Assembly (NCBI GenBank): GCA_030612025.1
Contig: JAUWOR010000003.1
Location: 32,001-96,000, forward strand
DNA: 64,000 bases
Reading direction: 5' to 3'
DNA from: Dehalococcoidia bacterium
GTDB lineage: Bacteria; Chloroflexota; Dehalococcoidia; GIF9; AB-539-J10
A program made the position numbers and the translations under genes. Numbering within the stretch: position 1 is the first letter of the stretch; every line of letters starts with the position of its first letter. Of the stretch, positions 10,162 to 21,065 are shown piece after piece. The notes below the pieces were generated by a model that was given only the letters and a program-made list of their open reading frames with translations, did not search any database and was not told where the DNA came from.

Positions 10162-12606
10162 ATGGCTCTGAAATATAACCCTCAAGAAATCGAGAAGAAA
10201 TGGCAGGAGAAATGGGCTGCTGACCGCATCTATGAGGTCAAAGAAGATAGCAGTCAGCCAAAATTTTACGCTCTGACCATGTTCCCCTATACCTCAGGAG
10301 ACCTCCACATTGGGCATTGGTACGCTATGGCTCCTTCAGATGTCCATGCCAGATTTAAGAGAATGCAGGGATATGATGTGCTTCATCCCATGGGTTTTGA
10401 TGCTTTCGGACTACCTGCAGAGAATGCCGCCATTAGTCACGGTATCCACCCTTATGACTGGACAATGGCGAATATAGAGCATATGCGACGCCAGCTCAAG
10501 AGCATGGGGGCAATCTACGACTGGGATCGAGAGGTAGTTAGCTGCCTCCCTGAGTATTATAAGTGGACGCAGTGGTTTTTCCTGAAACTTTATCACGCTG
10601 GTCTGGCTTACCGCGCTAAGGCACCAGTCAATTGGTGTCCTAAGTGTCAGACAGTGTTGGCTAATGAACAGGTGGTAGGGGAAGGATTTTGCGAGCGTTG
10701 TGGCAGCCAGGTGACTAAAAAGGATCTGGAGCAGTGGTTTTTCCGGATCACCAGATATGCTGAGGAACTCCTCGACTTCAGCCACATAGATTGGCCAGAG
10801 CGCATAAAGACAATGCAGAGAAACTGGATTGGCAAAAGCGAGGGCGCCGAGGTTTCCTTTGGCTTAGAGCACGAGGATATAGAGCAAAAAGAGATAAGCG
10901 TGTTTACCACTCGCCCTGATACTATCTTTGGGGTAACTTTTTTCCTTCTGGCGCCAGAGCATCCTCTAGTTCCCAAATTGACTACCCCGGAGTATAAGGC
11001 TAAGGTAGAAGAGTATATTGCCTGGTGTAGGCAGCAGACGGAGTACGAACGGACGGCTTTGGGCAAGGAGAAAACGGGAACCTTTTTGGGAAGCTATGTT
11101 ATCAACAGGTTAAACGGGGAGAAAGTGCCTATCTGGATTACTGATTACGTCTTGCCAACTTATGGTACCGGAGCAGTAATGGGGGTTCCAGCTCATGATG
11201 AGAGAGATCTTGAGTTTGCTAAGAAGTTTAATCTCCCTGTACGAACAGTTATTGCTCCTCCAGGTTGGTCAGGCGAGGAACTAGCAGAGGCATATACTGA
11301 GCCAGGCACAATGGTAAATTCTGGGGAGTTTAACGGCTTACCTAGCGAACAGGGATATGAGCGGATTTGTAATTTGATAGAGAGAAAAGGTTGGGGTAAA
11401 AAAGCCGTTACTTACCGCCTTCGGGATTGGCTTATCTCCAGGCAGAGGTACTGGGGGGCGCCAATACCGATAGTCTATTGTGATAAGTGCGGCATAGTCC
11501 CTGTACCTGAGAAGAGCCTCCCTGTTTTGCTCCCTCCTAATGCTGAGTTTAGGCCCACTGGCGAGTCTCCTTTGAAATATTGCCAGTCATTTGTTAATAC
11601 CACCTGTCCTAAATGTTTTCGACCGGCACGACGGGAGATCGATACTATGGATACCTTTATGTGCTCTAACTGGTATTTTTTGAGGTATACCAGCCCAAAA
11701 ATTGATAATGCCCCCTTTGAGGCTAAAAAGGTGAAGTATTGGCTGCCTGTGGATTTGTATACTGGTGGCGCTGAGCATGCTGTTATGCATCTCCTCTACT
11801 CCCGCTTTTTCATTAAAACCATAAGGGATATAGGCTTGGTTGACTTTGATGAGCCATTTACCCGCCTGTTTAATCAAGGAACGATAATTTACCGCGGGGG
11901 TAAGATGAGTAAATCTAAAGGCAATGTAATTGCTCCGGATGAATATGTGGCTGAATTAGGGGCTGATGCTGTTCGTGGTTACCTTATGTTTATCGGCCCC
12001 TGGGAGTTGGGAGGAGAATGGAGCGATAGCGGTATTGTAGGCATAAGCCGCTGGCTAAACAGGGTGTGGAGCTTAATAGAAACAGGCTACGCCAGTCAGG
12101 ATGTTGTGCCAAAGGCAGAGAAAGGGCTCCACCACGTTATTCATAAGACAATTAAAAAGGTAACCAAAGATCTGGAAAAGTTTCACTTTAATACCATGCT
12201 GGCTAGCCTCATGGAGTTTACTAATTATTTATCTAAGGTGCAGGAAGCAAAGAATATATCAATTTCGCTTTGGCAGGAAGCCATTACATATTTGCTGCTT
12301 CTCCTCGCTCCTACCGCCCCCCATCTTGCTGAGGAGCTATGGGCTAGGACAGGGCATCCTTACAGCATTCACAATCAATCTTGGCCAAGGTGGGATGAAG
12401 AGATGGCTAAGGAAGAGGAGATCACCCTCGTCATCCAGATAAACGGCAAATTACGGGATAAACTAATTGTGCCTGCTTCTATCACTGAGATTGAAGCCAA
12501 GGAACTAGCACTGGAACGGGAGCGAGTAAAGGCCTACACTAACAACAAGAAGATTGCTAATATCATTTACGTCCCTAAGAGGGTGATAAATATTGTCGCC
12601 AAGTGA
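10162..12606 (+). CDS. leuS: Leucine--tRNA ligase
   Basis: MFPYTSGDLHIGH, TTRPDT, SRQRYWG and KMSKS motifs. Confidence 0.98.
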   Translation: MALKYNPQEIEKKWQEKWAADRIYEVKEDSSQPKFYALTMFPYTSGDLHIGHWYAMAPSDVHARFKRMQGYDVLHPMGFDAFGLPAENAAISHGIHPYDWTMANIEHMRRQLKSMGAIYDWDREVVSCLPEYYKWTQWFFLKLYHAGLAYRAKAPVNWCPKCQTVLANEQVVGEGFCERCGSQVTKKDLEQWFFRITRYAEELLDFSHIDWPERIKTMQRNWIGKSEGAEVSFGLEHEDIEQKEISVFTTRPDTIFGVTFFLLAPEHPLVPKLTTPEYKAKVEEYIAWCRQQTEYERTALGKEKTGTFLGSYVINRLNGEKVPIWITDYVLPTYGTGAVMGVPAHDERDLEFAKKFNLPVRTVIAPPGWSGEELAEAYTEPGTMVNSGEFNGLPSEQGYERICNLIERKGWGKKAVTYRLRDWLISRQRYWGAPIPIVYCDKCGIVPVPEKSLPVLLPPNAEFRPTGESPLKYCQSFVNTTCPKCFRPARREIDTMDTFMCSNWYFLRYTSPKIDNAPFEAKKVKYWLPVDLYTGGAEHAVMHLLYSRFFIKTIRDIGLVDFDEPFTRLFNQGTIIYRGGKMSKSKGNVIAPDEYVAELGADAVRGYLMFIGPWELGGEWSDSGIVGISRWLNRVWSLIETGYASQDVVPKAEKGLHHVIHKTIKKVTKDLEKFHFNTMLASLMEFTNYLSKVQEAKNISISLWQEAITYLLLLLAPTAPHLAEELWARTGHPYSIHNQSWPRWDEEMAKEEEITLVIQINGKLRDKLIVPASITEIEAKELALERERVKAYTNNKKIANIIYVPKRVINIVAK

Positions 12607-12609
12607 GAA

Positions 12610-13437
12610 ATGGAAATGCGCATAGCTTTTATTGGCGGTGGGACTATGGGGGAGGCGATGATAGGATGCCTTCTTAACAAAAATATTGCTATGCCCGCCA
12701 ATATTATAGTTAGTGATATGAGGCAATCACGACGAGAACTACTAAGTCGAGAATATGGAGTGAGCACCTTAGCTGATAATAGAAAGGCAATAGAAGGTGC
12801 TGACTTGATTATCCTGGCCGTGAAGCCCCAGGACCTAGCTCAGGCAATGGAGGAAATAAAAAAACCCGCGCCACAGCAAGTTGTATTATCCATCATAGCT
12901 GGTGCCAGCTTGTCTACTTTACAGCATGGCTTGAAGCACCCTGGCATTATCAGGGCTATGCCTAATATGCCAGGGCAAATTGGTGAGGGAATGACCGTAT
13001 GGACAGCAACTACAGAAGTTAGCCAAAAACAGAGGGAGATGGCTCAATCTGTCCTCGGTGCTTTGGGCGAGCAAATTTACGTTGCTGATGAGAAATACCT
13101 AGACATGGCTACAGCCTTAAGCGGAAGTGGTCCGGCTTACGTGTTTCTTTTCATCGAGGCACTTATTGATGCCGGTGTCCATATCGGCTTGCCACGCAAT
13201 ATAGCCGAGAAATTAGTGATGCAAACCATAGTAGGCTCTACTCATACAGTTCAAAAGACAGACAAACACCCTGCTGAGTTGAGAAGCATGGTTACTTCAC
13301 CAGGAGGAACCACTGCAGAGGCTCTTCTTCAATTAGAAAAAGGGAGCTTTCGTTCTCTCCTTCTTGAGGCTGTTGCCGCCGCTTATAACAAGGCTAAACA
13401 TCTTTCTGTTTCCTCTTCCTCGATGGGAGAGGGCTAG
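12610..13437 (+). CDS. proC: Pyrroline-5-carboxylate reductase
   Basis: GGGTMG, AVKPQ, RAMPN, SGSGPAY and VTSPGGTT motifs. Confidence 0.96.
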   Translation: MEMRIAFIGGGTMGEAMIGCLLNKNIAMPANIIVSDMRQSRRELLSREYGVSTLADNRKAIEGADLIILAVKPQDLAQAMEEIKKPAPQQVVLSIIAGASLSTLQHGLKHPGIIRAMPNMPGQIGEGMTVWTATTEVSQKQREMAQSVLGALGEQIYVADEKYLDMATALSGSGPAYVFLFIEALIDAGVHIGLPRNIAEKLVMQTIVGSTHTVQKTDKHPAELRSMVTSPGGTTAEALLQLEKGSFRSLLLEAVAAAYNKAKHLSVSSSSMGEG

Positions 13438-13449
13438 GGTGAGGGTGAA
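13411..13449 (+). repeat. Family C repeat (CCTCTCCC..GGGAGAGG..GGTGAGGGTGA)
   Basis: tcctcttcctcgatgggagagggctagggtgagggtgaa; related copies at 20995, 41131 and 62083. Confidence 0.75.
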
Positions 13450-14371
13450 ATTGGATCCGCTTTTTGAATATCGCCATTGTCCTAATTGCGGACAGAATGA
13501 TTTTATTGTGCTCTTCGACTCTAATATGAAACAGGACGATTTCCAAGAAGGAATAGAGAGTGTATACATGTTACCGGGAGACAAGTATGGAAGGCATGTT
13601 AAATGCCGGAATTGTCATCTAATATATGTAAATCCCATTGAAAAAGGAAGCAAAATCAACGAGGACTACTCTCAAAGGAAAAGTGTCGATGCCTCTATTA
13701 TTCGGGAGAGTCGTTTACGTGCTACTAAATCGCAAGTAGAATTAATTAAAAGGTATAAGAAGGGCACAAATCTTTTAGATATAGGTTGTGGTGAAGGTTT
13801 TTTCCTATGTAATGCCTCTAAGGCTGGGTACGTTGCTAAAGGGATTGAATTATCCCAAGATGCCGCAGCATATGCCAAAAGCGAATTCGGCTTAGATGTA
13901 GAAACAAAACCTTTGGAAGAACTACAACTTCCAGAAAATCACTTTGATGTGGTTACTCTATGGGTGGTTCTAGAGCATGTTCCGCACCCACTTACAATCC
14001 TTAAAGAAGTTCACAGGATACTCAAGCCTGGGGGGCTGCTAGCAGTGTCAACTCCAAATATCGGGAGCGTGCTAGCAAAAACCCTGGGCAAAAGATGGTG
14101 GGAGATAAGGAGAGTTCATATCAACCAATTTACCACGAAAAGCCTTATGGATATCCTCAAGAATGCCGAATTCAAAAACATATCTTCTGTCTGTTATAAG
14201 GAATTTATAAGTTTACTCTATCTATTTATACCGATACTAAAATACTTAAAGCTATATGAGAAGGTAAAAACTTCCCTTTTACCTGACTCTGTTTTAGGCA
14301 GGATTATGAATAAGATAATGCTGGTATATCCCTCAAAACTTAATTATTCCGCAGTGATTGCTTTCAAATAG
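13445..14371 (+). CDS. Class I SAM-dependent methyltransferase with N-terminal Cys motifs
   Basis: CPNC...CRNC, LLDIGCGEG, VLEHV and LKPGG motifs; GTG at 13445 avoids the proC overlap of the listed 13364 start. Confidence 0.85.
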   Translation: MKLDPLFEYRHCPNCGQNDFIVLFDSNMKQDDFQEGIESVYMLPGDKYGRHVKCRNCHLIYVNPIEKGSKINEDYSQRKSVDASIIRESRLRATKSQVELIKRYKKGTNLLDIGCGEGFFLCNASKAGYVAKGIELSQDAAAYAKSEFGLDVETKPLEELQLPENHFDVVTLWVVLEHVPHPLTILKEVHRILKPGGLLAVSTPNIGSVLAKTLGKRWWEIRRVHINQFTTKSLMDILKNAEFKNISSVCYKEFISLLYLFIPILKYLKLYEKVKTSLLPDSVLGRIMNKIMLVYPSKLNYSAVIAFK

Positions 14372-14382
14372 GAGGTTGATAA

Positions 14383-15384
14383 ATGACAAATTTTTCTCCA
14401 TTACAAGGGATTAAGCTTGCCAAAAGGGGGATTTATAACTATATAACCAGCCGTCCTTTAGTAGTTTCCTACGAGCTAACACTTTCTTGTAATTGCAACT
14501 GCCGGCATTGTGAGTTGGGCGGAATAATAAAGAACGAGATGCAACTTCAACCAGATGATTATGCTAACTTAACTCGACTCATAAAGCCGCCAGTAGTGCA
14601 AATCTCTGGTGGTGAACCACTTTTGCGTAAGGATATAGTAGCTATAGTTAAGGCTATCAAGCAATCTGATGGGCTACCGTACTTGATACTCGTTACCAAT
14701 GGGGTGCTACTAAACGAGAGTCACTATTTACAACTGCATGAAGCTGGAGTGAACCAACTTTCAGTATCACTTGACTTCCCTGATGAGCGCCATGATGAAT
14801 TTCGGCGGCACCGAGGTTTGTATGAACACTTGGAACAAACACTTCCTAAGCTGGCAAAGTTTGGTTACCGAGATATCATCTTGAACACTGCTATAACTCA
14901 AGCCAATTTGAAAGATGTATTGCCTTTGGCAAAAAAGGCTATGGACTGGAATATATCCATATCATACAGCGCATATACCGCACTGCGAACAGGCAACAAA
15001 GATTACTGCATCGATAGCGAAGAGGATTTGAACATTTTACGCCAGACGATTAGCGAACTTATAGAATTGAAAAAGCAAACCAGCCATGTAATCAACTCTA
15101 AAGCTATACTTTTAGATACTTTAAGGTATTTTGAGCGAGGTTATATGCCCAATTGTAAGGCTGGTAAGAGATTCTTTGTCGTGATGCCTGATGGGGGTTT
15201 TGTTCCTTGCTCACATCGCGGTAATAAATATTCTACTCAAAAAGAGATGATAGAGGATTTTTCTCAGGCAAACCAATGTAGCGCTTGCTATGATGCTATA
15301 AGGTCTTATAGCGAACGATCGCTCTCGGGACAACTAAAAGATGTCCCAGGATACAGCAAACAACTTTTCGCCCGAAATGCTTGA
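14383..15384 (+). CDS. Radical SAM protein with C-terminal Cys-rich (SPASM/Twitch-like) part
   Basis: CNCNCRHC, SGGEPLLR, VTNG; later C..G, PC and CSAC. Confidence 0.88.
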   Translation: MTNFSPLQGIKLAKRGIYNYITSRPLVVSYELTLSCNCNCRHCELGGIIKNEMQLQPDDYANLTRLIKPPVVQISGGEPLLRKDIVAIVKAIKQSDGLPYLILVTNGVLLNESHYLQLHEAGVNQLSVSLDFPDERHDEFRRHRGLYEHLEQTLPKLAKFGYRDIILNTAITQANLKDVLPLAKKAMDWNISISYSAYTALRTGNKDYCIDSEEDLNILRQTISELIELKKQTSHVINSKAILLDTLRYFERGYMPNCKAGKRFFVVMPDGGFVPCSHRGNKYSTQKEMIEDFSQANQCSACYDAIRSYSERSLSGQLKDVPGYSKQLFARNA

Positions 15385-15395
15385 CAGGTTTTATC

Positions 15396-15662
15396 CTAAG
15401 TAACAGCCGGTGTCTCGCCCGGATATAGCTTACGCCATTTCTCCAGAAGCTGCTCGCGTGTTTCCTTATGATCAGGATCGAGAATGCAACAATCCACAGG
15501 GCAAACCTCAACACATTTAGATGATTCAAACCAGCCGACACACTCAGTGCATTTATTGGGGTCAATAATGTAAATTGTCTCCCCCTCGCTAATTGCTTCA
15601 TTTTTACATTCTGGCAGGCAAGCGCCACAAGCAATACACTCATCAGTAATTTTATACGCCAT
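15396..15662 (-). CDS. 2[4Fe-4S] ferredoxin (YfhL-like)
   Basis: CIACGAC...C and CTECVG...CVEVCP. Confidence 0.92.
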   Translation of the reverse strand: MAYKITDECIACGACLPECKNEAISEGETIYIIDPNKCTECVGWFESSKCVEVCPVDCCILDPDHKETREQLLEKWRKLYPGETPAVT

Positions 15663-15706
15663 CTTTACATGACCTCCTTAAAATTTTATTTGCTTTATTT
15701 TAACAC

Positions 15707-16216
15707 CTAGCCTTCCCTTTTTGAACCCCCAGGAATCCTTACTGAGAACTTTTCCCTCAGCGCAGTACCAACATGGTCAGGGACCATGCCTCGAAGGCAA
15801 CCTCCTAGCTTAGCTACTTCTTTAATCAGGCTAGAGCTAAGGAATTGATATTCAGAACTTGTCATTAAACAAATTAGCTCGATATCCGGGGCCAGCTTTT
15901 TATTCATCAGCGCCATTTCAAATTCTCGTTCAAAATCAGAACTCGCCCTCAATCCCCGAATCATAACTGTCCCCCCCACCTCATGAATAAAATCGACAGC
16001 AAGCCCATTAAAAGATTTAACACATACATTAGGCAAATCAGCTACCGCCTTTTCTACCATATCCATCCTTTCTTCCGGGGAGAAAAGTAGCTGTTTACTA
16101 GGCTGATCATAGATGCCGATAATTAACTTATCAAAAACGGCTAAGGCACGGTTGATAATGTCAAGGTGCCCGTTGGTAAGGGGGTCGAAGGTTCCAGGAT
16201 AGACCGCTATCGTCAT
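15707..16216 (-). CDS. coaD: Pantetheine-phosphate adenylyltransferase
   Basis: YPGTFDPLTNGH, RGLR and SSS motifs. Confidence 0.97.
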   Translation of the reverse strand: MTIAVYPGTFDPLTNGHLDIINRALAVFDKLIIGIYDQPSKQLLFSPEERMDMVEKAVADLPNVCVKSFNGLAVDFIHEVGGTVMIRGLRASSDFEREFEMALMNKKLAPDIELICLMTSSEYQFLSSSLIKEVAKLGGCLRGMVPDHVGTALREKFSVRIPGGSKREG

Positions 16217-16219
16217 AGC

Positions 16220-16768
16220 TTAACCCTCCCTTTGGTAAACGGAAATAAAGGTATCACCATAGTGACGTTGTTTAGCTAGATGTAATCCATCATAATCAGA
16301 ACTTAGTGGAAAGCGATTTGCATGACAAACTGCGATAGCAGTGTTTTCTCCTAATAATCTTGAGCTAGCTATAGTTGCCAAGAAATTACTCACAGTAGCG
16401 TCTGAGTAAGGGGGATCCATAAAGATGATATCATAACTATTACTAAGAAAAGTAACTGCCTTACTGGCGCTACAGCAATAAATATGGGCTTTGTCTAATA
16501 GCCTCGCCCTATCCAAATTGTATTTAATAATGTCACAGCATTTTCTACTCCGGTCAACAAAATCGGCCCACTCCGCCTGGCGGCTTAAAGCTTCTATCCC
16601 CAGAGCACCGCTGCCGGCATATAAATCGAGAACGCGATCCCAACAACTAGCAGTATTCTCCAAAATAGAGAACATAGCTTCCTTCACTACACTGGTTGTG
16701 GGGCGAATCAACTGCCTCGGGGGAGTTTTTAGCAAAGTTCCCTTAGCTTTACCACCAATAACTCGCAT
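16220..16768 (-). CDS. rsmD: 16S rRNA m2G966 methyltransferase
   Basis: MRVIGG, RPT, LDLYAGSGALG and DPPY motifs; rsmD-coaD synteny. Confidence 0.95.
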   Translation of the reverse strand: MRVIGGKAKGTLLKTPPRQLIRPTTSVVKEAMFSILENTASCWDRVLDLYAGSGALGIEALSRQAEWADFVDRSRKCCDIIKYNLDRARLLDKAHIYCCSASKAVTFLSNSYDIIFMDPPYSDATVSNFLATIASSRLLGENTAIAVCHANRFPLSSDYDGLHLAKQRHYGDTFISVYQREG

Positions 16769-16911
16769 TTTTTAGCCTTTGATAAACCTTCAATATTTTA
16801 TTATAATTTAGCCATTGTTTCAACCGCTCTACGTAGTTTGACTATAAAGGGTGGCATAATTTATAATGGGCTTAAAATTAAGTAACAGACATTGGATCTG
16901 GAGAGTCGAAT

Positions 16912-19365
16912 ATGAGTGTTGGTTTTGAAAGGTTTTCCGAAGGAGCTCGTAGGGTGCTAATGCGTGCCCAAGAGGAGGCCAGGCGTCTAGGCCACAGTTA
17001 CATTGATACCGAACATATATTGTTGGGAGTAATAGCGGATGAATCAGGAATAGGGGCTAAAGTTCTAACCAATCTAGGTGTCTCACTGAATAAAGTGCAA
17101 GCAGCGGTGGAGTTTGTAGTTGGGAAGGGCGGGAAACAAACCAGTGGAGAAGTTAGCCTCGCTCCTCGGGCTAAGAGAATTATTGAACTTGCTGTTGATG
17201 AAGCACGCCGTTTTAATTCTAACTACATAGGCACTGAACACCTTCTACTCGGGTTACTGCGTGGAAGCGAAGGAGTGGCCAGTAATGTTTTAGAGAGTTT
17301 CGGCATTACTCTGGAGCAGGCACGTGATGAAGTCAATCGCGTTATGAGGCATGAAGCAATACATGCTCGTACTACTCGTAGTGCTACACGCACACCAACA
17401 CTGGATCAACTTGGAACAGACCTAACTGCCTTAGCCCGAGCGGATAAGCTTGACCCCGTTATTGGACGCACCAAGGAAATTGAGAGAGTAACTCAAATAC
17501 TAAGCCGCCGTACTAAAAACAACCCAGCACTTATAGGTGAACCAGGCGTGGGCAAGACAGCTATTGTTGAAGGGCTAGCTCAGCGCATAGTAGCTGGAGA
17601 TGTCCCTGAGGTATTACAGGGTAAAAGAATAGTCGCCTTAGATGTAGGTGCACTGGTAGCCGGAACAAAGTATCGTGGCGAATTTGAAGAGAGGCTGAAG
17701 AAAGTTATTGCCGAGGAGAAAGCTGCTGGCAATTGCATCTTATTTATCGATGAAATGCAGACTATTGTAGGTGCCGGAGCCGCTGAGGGTGCTGTCGACG
17801 CTTCTAGCATCTTAAAACCTTCGCTGTCACGTGGTGAAATACAATGTATTGGTGCTACCACCCTGAACGATTACCGCAAACATGTAGAGAAAGACCCGGC
17901 TTTGGAACGGAGGTTTCAGACTGTCTTGGTAGCTGAACCCACTGTAGAAGAGACTCTGGAAATTTTGCGAGGTATCAAACATAGGTACGAAGAATTCCAC
18001 CGCCTAATTATAAGTGATGAAGCCTTGCAGGCAGCAGCTTCTTTGGCCGCCAGGTATATACCCGATCGCTTTTTGCCTGATAAGGCTATTGATTTAGTAG
18101 ATGAGTCTAGCTCTCGGGTGCGCATCAAGCATGGTAGCGCCCCCATTGGTTTAACTGAGACGAGACAAGCTCTAGAAAGCGTACACAAAGAGAAAGAGTC
18201 CGCCCTCGCCGCTCAACAGTATGAATATTCCGCTGAGCTGCGTGACCGCGAGCTCCAGCTAATAGAAAAGGTTAGCATGATGGAAAAAGAATGGCAAGTT
18301 AAGCAGGAGCTGGGCAAACCCACAGTTACTGCGGACAACATTGCCGAAGTGACTAGCATGTGGACTGGAGTCCCGGTGGTGAGATTGACTACTGATGAAA
18401 CTAGCCGCCTTCTTCAAATGGAGGAGGCTTTGCACCGTCGCATCATTGGCCAGGATGAAGCTATAAACACCATGGCCAAAGCGGTGAGAAGAGCTCGAGC
18501 TGGCTTGAAAGACACTCGACGTCCAATCGGTGCCTTCATATTTTTAGGCCCTACCGGAGTGGGTAAAACCGAGTTAGTCAAAGCCCTAGCCGAATTCATG
18601 TTTGGCAGTGAAGATGCTTTAATCAGGCTTGACATGTCGGAGTTTATGGAACGTCATACCGTGGCTCGTCTGGTTGGAGCACCTCCTGGCTATATCGGCT
18701 ATGAAGAAGGTGGTCAATTAACTGAGGCAGTAAGACGCAAATCTTACTGTTGTATTCTTCTCGATGAAATTGAAAAGGCACATTACGATGTATTCAATAT
18801 GCTGCTCCAGATTTTCGATGACGGGCATTTAACTGATGCCAAGGGGCGTCGCGTTGATTTCCGCAATAGCATCATAGTTATGACTAGTAACATCGGCGCC
18901 GAGCTTATTAAGCGTGATATGAGCATCGGTTTCGCCACTCATATTGATAGCAAAGAAAAACAGCAAGGGGAATATGAAAAGATGAAGGAGAAGGTGCTTG
19001 GGGCAATGAAGAAAACTTTCCGCCCTGAGTTCCTCAACCGCATTGATGCCACGGTTGTCTTTCACGCCTTAACTAAAGAACATATCCGCCAGATTGTTGA
19101 CTTACTGCTCAATCAAGTTGCCACCTCGCTTAAAGAGAAGAATGTAACTTTAGAAATCACCGATGCCGCTAAGGATTTTCTCGGCAGTAAAGGCTATGAC
19201 CCTGTTTTTGGAGCGCGCCCCCTGCGCCGCGTAATTCAGAATTTGGTCGAAGATCCTCTTTCCGAGGCTTTCCTACGGGGCGAATTCTTGCCCGGAGATA
19301 CTGTGGTGGTGGACTGCGATGGTGAGAAAATTGTAATGAAGTCACTAGTTAAGGAAGCTGTGTAG
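16912..19365 (+). CDS. clpC: ATP-dependent Clp protease ATPase subunit ClpC
   Basis: Two N repeats, two AAA modules, UVR-like middle domain, SIGF loop; upstream of radA-ispD. Confidence 0.93.
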   Translation: MSVGFERFSEGARRVLMRAQEEARRLGHSYIDTEHILLGVIADESGIGAKVLTNLGVSLNKVQAAVEFVVGKGGKQTSGEVSLAPRAKRIIELAVDEARRFNSNYIGTEHLLLGLLRGSEGVASNVLESFGITLEQARDEVNRVMRHEAIHARTTRSATRTPTLDQLGTDLTALARADKLDPVIGRTKEIERVTQILSRRTKNNPALIGEPGVGKTAIVEGLAQRIVAGDVPEVLQGKRIVALDVGALVAGTKYRGEFEERLKKVIAEEKAAGNCILFIDEMQTIVGAGAAEGAVDASSILKPSLSRGEIQCIGATTLNDYRKHVEKDPALERRFQTVLVAEPTVEETLEILRGIKHRYEEFHRLIISDEALQAAASLAARYIPDRFLPDKAIDLVDESSSRVRIKHGSAPIGLTETRQALESVHKEKESALAAQQYEYSAELRDRELQLIEKVSMMEKEWQVKQELGKPTVTADNIAEVTSMWTGVPVVRLTTDETSRLLQMEEALHRRIIGQDEAINTMAKAVRRARAGLKDTRRPIGAFIFLGPTGVGKTELVKALAEFMFGSEDALIRLDMSEFMERHTVARLVGAPPGYIGYEEGGQLTEAVRRKSYCCILLDEIEKAHYDVFNMLLQIFDDGHLTDAKGRRVDFRNSIIVMTSNIGAELIKRDMSIGFATHIDSKEKQQGEYEKMKEKVLGAMKKTFRPEFLNRIDATVVFHALTKEHIRQIVDLLLNQVATSLKEKNVTLEITDAAKDFLGSKGYDPVFGARPLRRVIQNLVEDPLSEAFLRGEFLPGDTVVVDCDGEKIVMKSLVKEAV

Positions 19366-19367
19366 AA

Positions 19368-19589
19368 ATGGCACAAGAGGTAATTGAAGCACCGCTACCG
19401 GGGAAAATATTGCAAGTCAATGTTACTGTCGGTAATACTGTTGAGGAAGGCGGAGTAATTTGCACTATAGAGGCCATGAAGATGGAAAACCCTATATTGT
19501 CTCCAGTAAAAGGCTCGGTCATAGAAGTAGCAGTTTCACCAGAGCAGATAGTTAAGACTGGAGAAAAGATAGCCGTTATTGAGTATTAA
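19368..19589 (+). CDS. Stand-alone biotinyl-carrier domain protein
   Basis: APLPG...IEAMKMEN motif. Confidence 0.88.
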   Translation: MAQEVIEAPLPGKILQVNVTVGNTVEEGGVICTIEAMKMENPILSPVKGSVIEVAVSPEQIVKTGEKIAVIEY

Positions 19590-19607
19590 CTATCTTAGCT
19601 AAATAAT

Positions 19608-21020
19608 TTGAAACCTGTTCGGGGTAAATCCAAAAGTATTTTTGTTTGTCAGCAATGTGGTAAGGAAAGTGCCAAGTGGCTAGGGCGATGTCCTAATTGC
19701 CAAGCATGGAATAGTTTTGTAGAGACTACGGTTACTCTTTCTCGCGCTTCCCCTCATTGGCTTCCCACCAGGGAAAATAGACCCCAAGAGCTTTCTCAAG
19801 TAGAGAGGGGCTCATTTCCTCGCTTTCACCTCGGCTTGGCCGAGATGGATCGGGTTCTCGGAGGCGGTTTAGTTCCTGGCTCTTTAGTACTCATTGGTGG
19901 AGAGCCAGGAATAGGTAAGTCTACGCTTCTACTTCAAGCTTCAGCCATGGTAGCTGAGAATAACAAGCCTGTAGCCTATGTTTCTGGAGAGGAATCTATT
20001 AATCAAGTCAAACTTAGAGCTGAGAGGTTAGGCATGGCTGGCAAAGGGCTTTTTATTCTTTCCCAAACCAATCTCCCCGCCGTCTTAGGGTGGCTAGAAG
20101 AGCTCTCACCTAGCTTAGTTGTCATTGATTCCATTCAAACTATGTATCTGGAAAATATATCTGGAACGCCTGGTAGCATTACCCAAATACGTGAATGCAC
20201 ACTAGAACTAATGTATTGGGCAAAGCAAAATAATGTGTCGGCATTTATCGCTGGGCATGTGACTAAAGAGGGGGCTATTGCTGGTCCTGGAGCGCTGGAG
20301 CATATTGTTGACGTAGTGCTTTACCTCGAGGGTGAACCATTTAGTAGCTATCGAGTGCTACGAAGTGTAAAAAATCGCTTTGGCTCCACCAACGAGGTAG
20401 GTATCTTTGAGATGAGCCATAACGGGCTAGTAGAGGTAAGTAACCCATCTCAAGTTTTCTTATCTAAATATAGCGATGCCGCTATTGGCTCAGTTGTTGT
20501 GCCAACGCTTGAGGGAAGTCGTCCCTTACTGGTGGAGATTCAAGCTTTGACTACCCCCGCCAGTTTCGGTCCACCAAGGCGCATTGCTAATGGCATCGAT
20601 TTTAATCGTCTTCTCCTGATTAGTGCTGTGCTCACTAAACGTGCTGGGATAAGGCTTTCTAACCAGGATATTATAGTTAACGTCACTGGCGGGCTGAAGG
20701 TCAATGAGCCAGCGGTTGATTTAGGAATCGCCTCAGCTATCGCCTCCAGCTTTCACGATAGTAAACCACTTCCAAAGTTAGTCGTTCTGGGAGAAGTAGG
20801 TTTAAATGGAGAGCTCAGGGCTGTGCCACAGATAGAGAGGCGAGTTAGCGAAGCTATCAGATTAGGTTTTAAATCTTGTCTCATGCCCAAACTTCCACCC
20901 CAGCTTTCTCTTGACTACGCCGATATCCAATTAATCCAGGCTAGCTCTGTAGTAGAAGCTCTGAGGCTAGGACTTAGTAGGCGAGGACACAGTGCCTCTC
21001 CCTTGAAGGGAGAGGATTAA
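19608..21020 (+). CDS. radA: DNA repair protein RadA/Sms
   Basis: C4 zinc finger, GEPGIGKS, KNRFG. Confidence 0.97.
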   Translation: MKPVRGKSKSIFVCQQCGKESAKWLGRCPNCQAWNSFVETTVTLSRASPHWLPTRENRPQELSQVERGSFPRFHLGLAEMDRVLGGGLVPGSLVLIGGEPGIGKSTLLLQASAMVAENNKPVAYVSGEESINQVKLRAERLGMAGKGLFILSQTNLPAVLGWLEELSPSLVVIDSIQTMYLENISGTPGSITQIRECTLELMYWAKQNNVSAFIAGHVTKEGAIAGPGALEHIVDVVLYLEGEPFSSYRVLRSVKNRFGSTNEVGIFEMSHNGLVEVSNPSQVFLSKYSDAAIGSVVVPTLEGSRPLLVEIQALTTPASFGPPRRIANGIDFNRLLLISAVLTKRAGIRLSNQDIIVNVTGGLKVNEPAVDLGIASAIASSFHDSKPLPKLVVLGEVGLNGELRAVPQIERRVSEAIRLGFKSCLMPKLPPQLSLDYADIQLIQASSVVEALRLGLSRRGHSASPLKGED

Positions 21021-21065
21021 GGTGAGGGTGACGAAATGTCATTGCGAGCGCAGCGAAGCAATCTC
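20995..21065 (+). repeat. Family C repeat followed by family A repeat at the radA/ispD junction
   Basis: cctctcccttgaagggagaggattaaggtgagggtga then tgtcattgcgagcgcagcgaagcaatctc. Confidence 0.8.
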
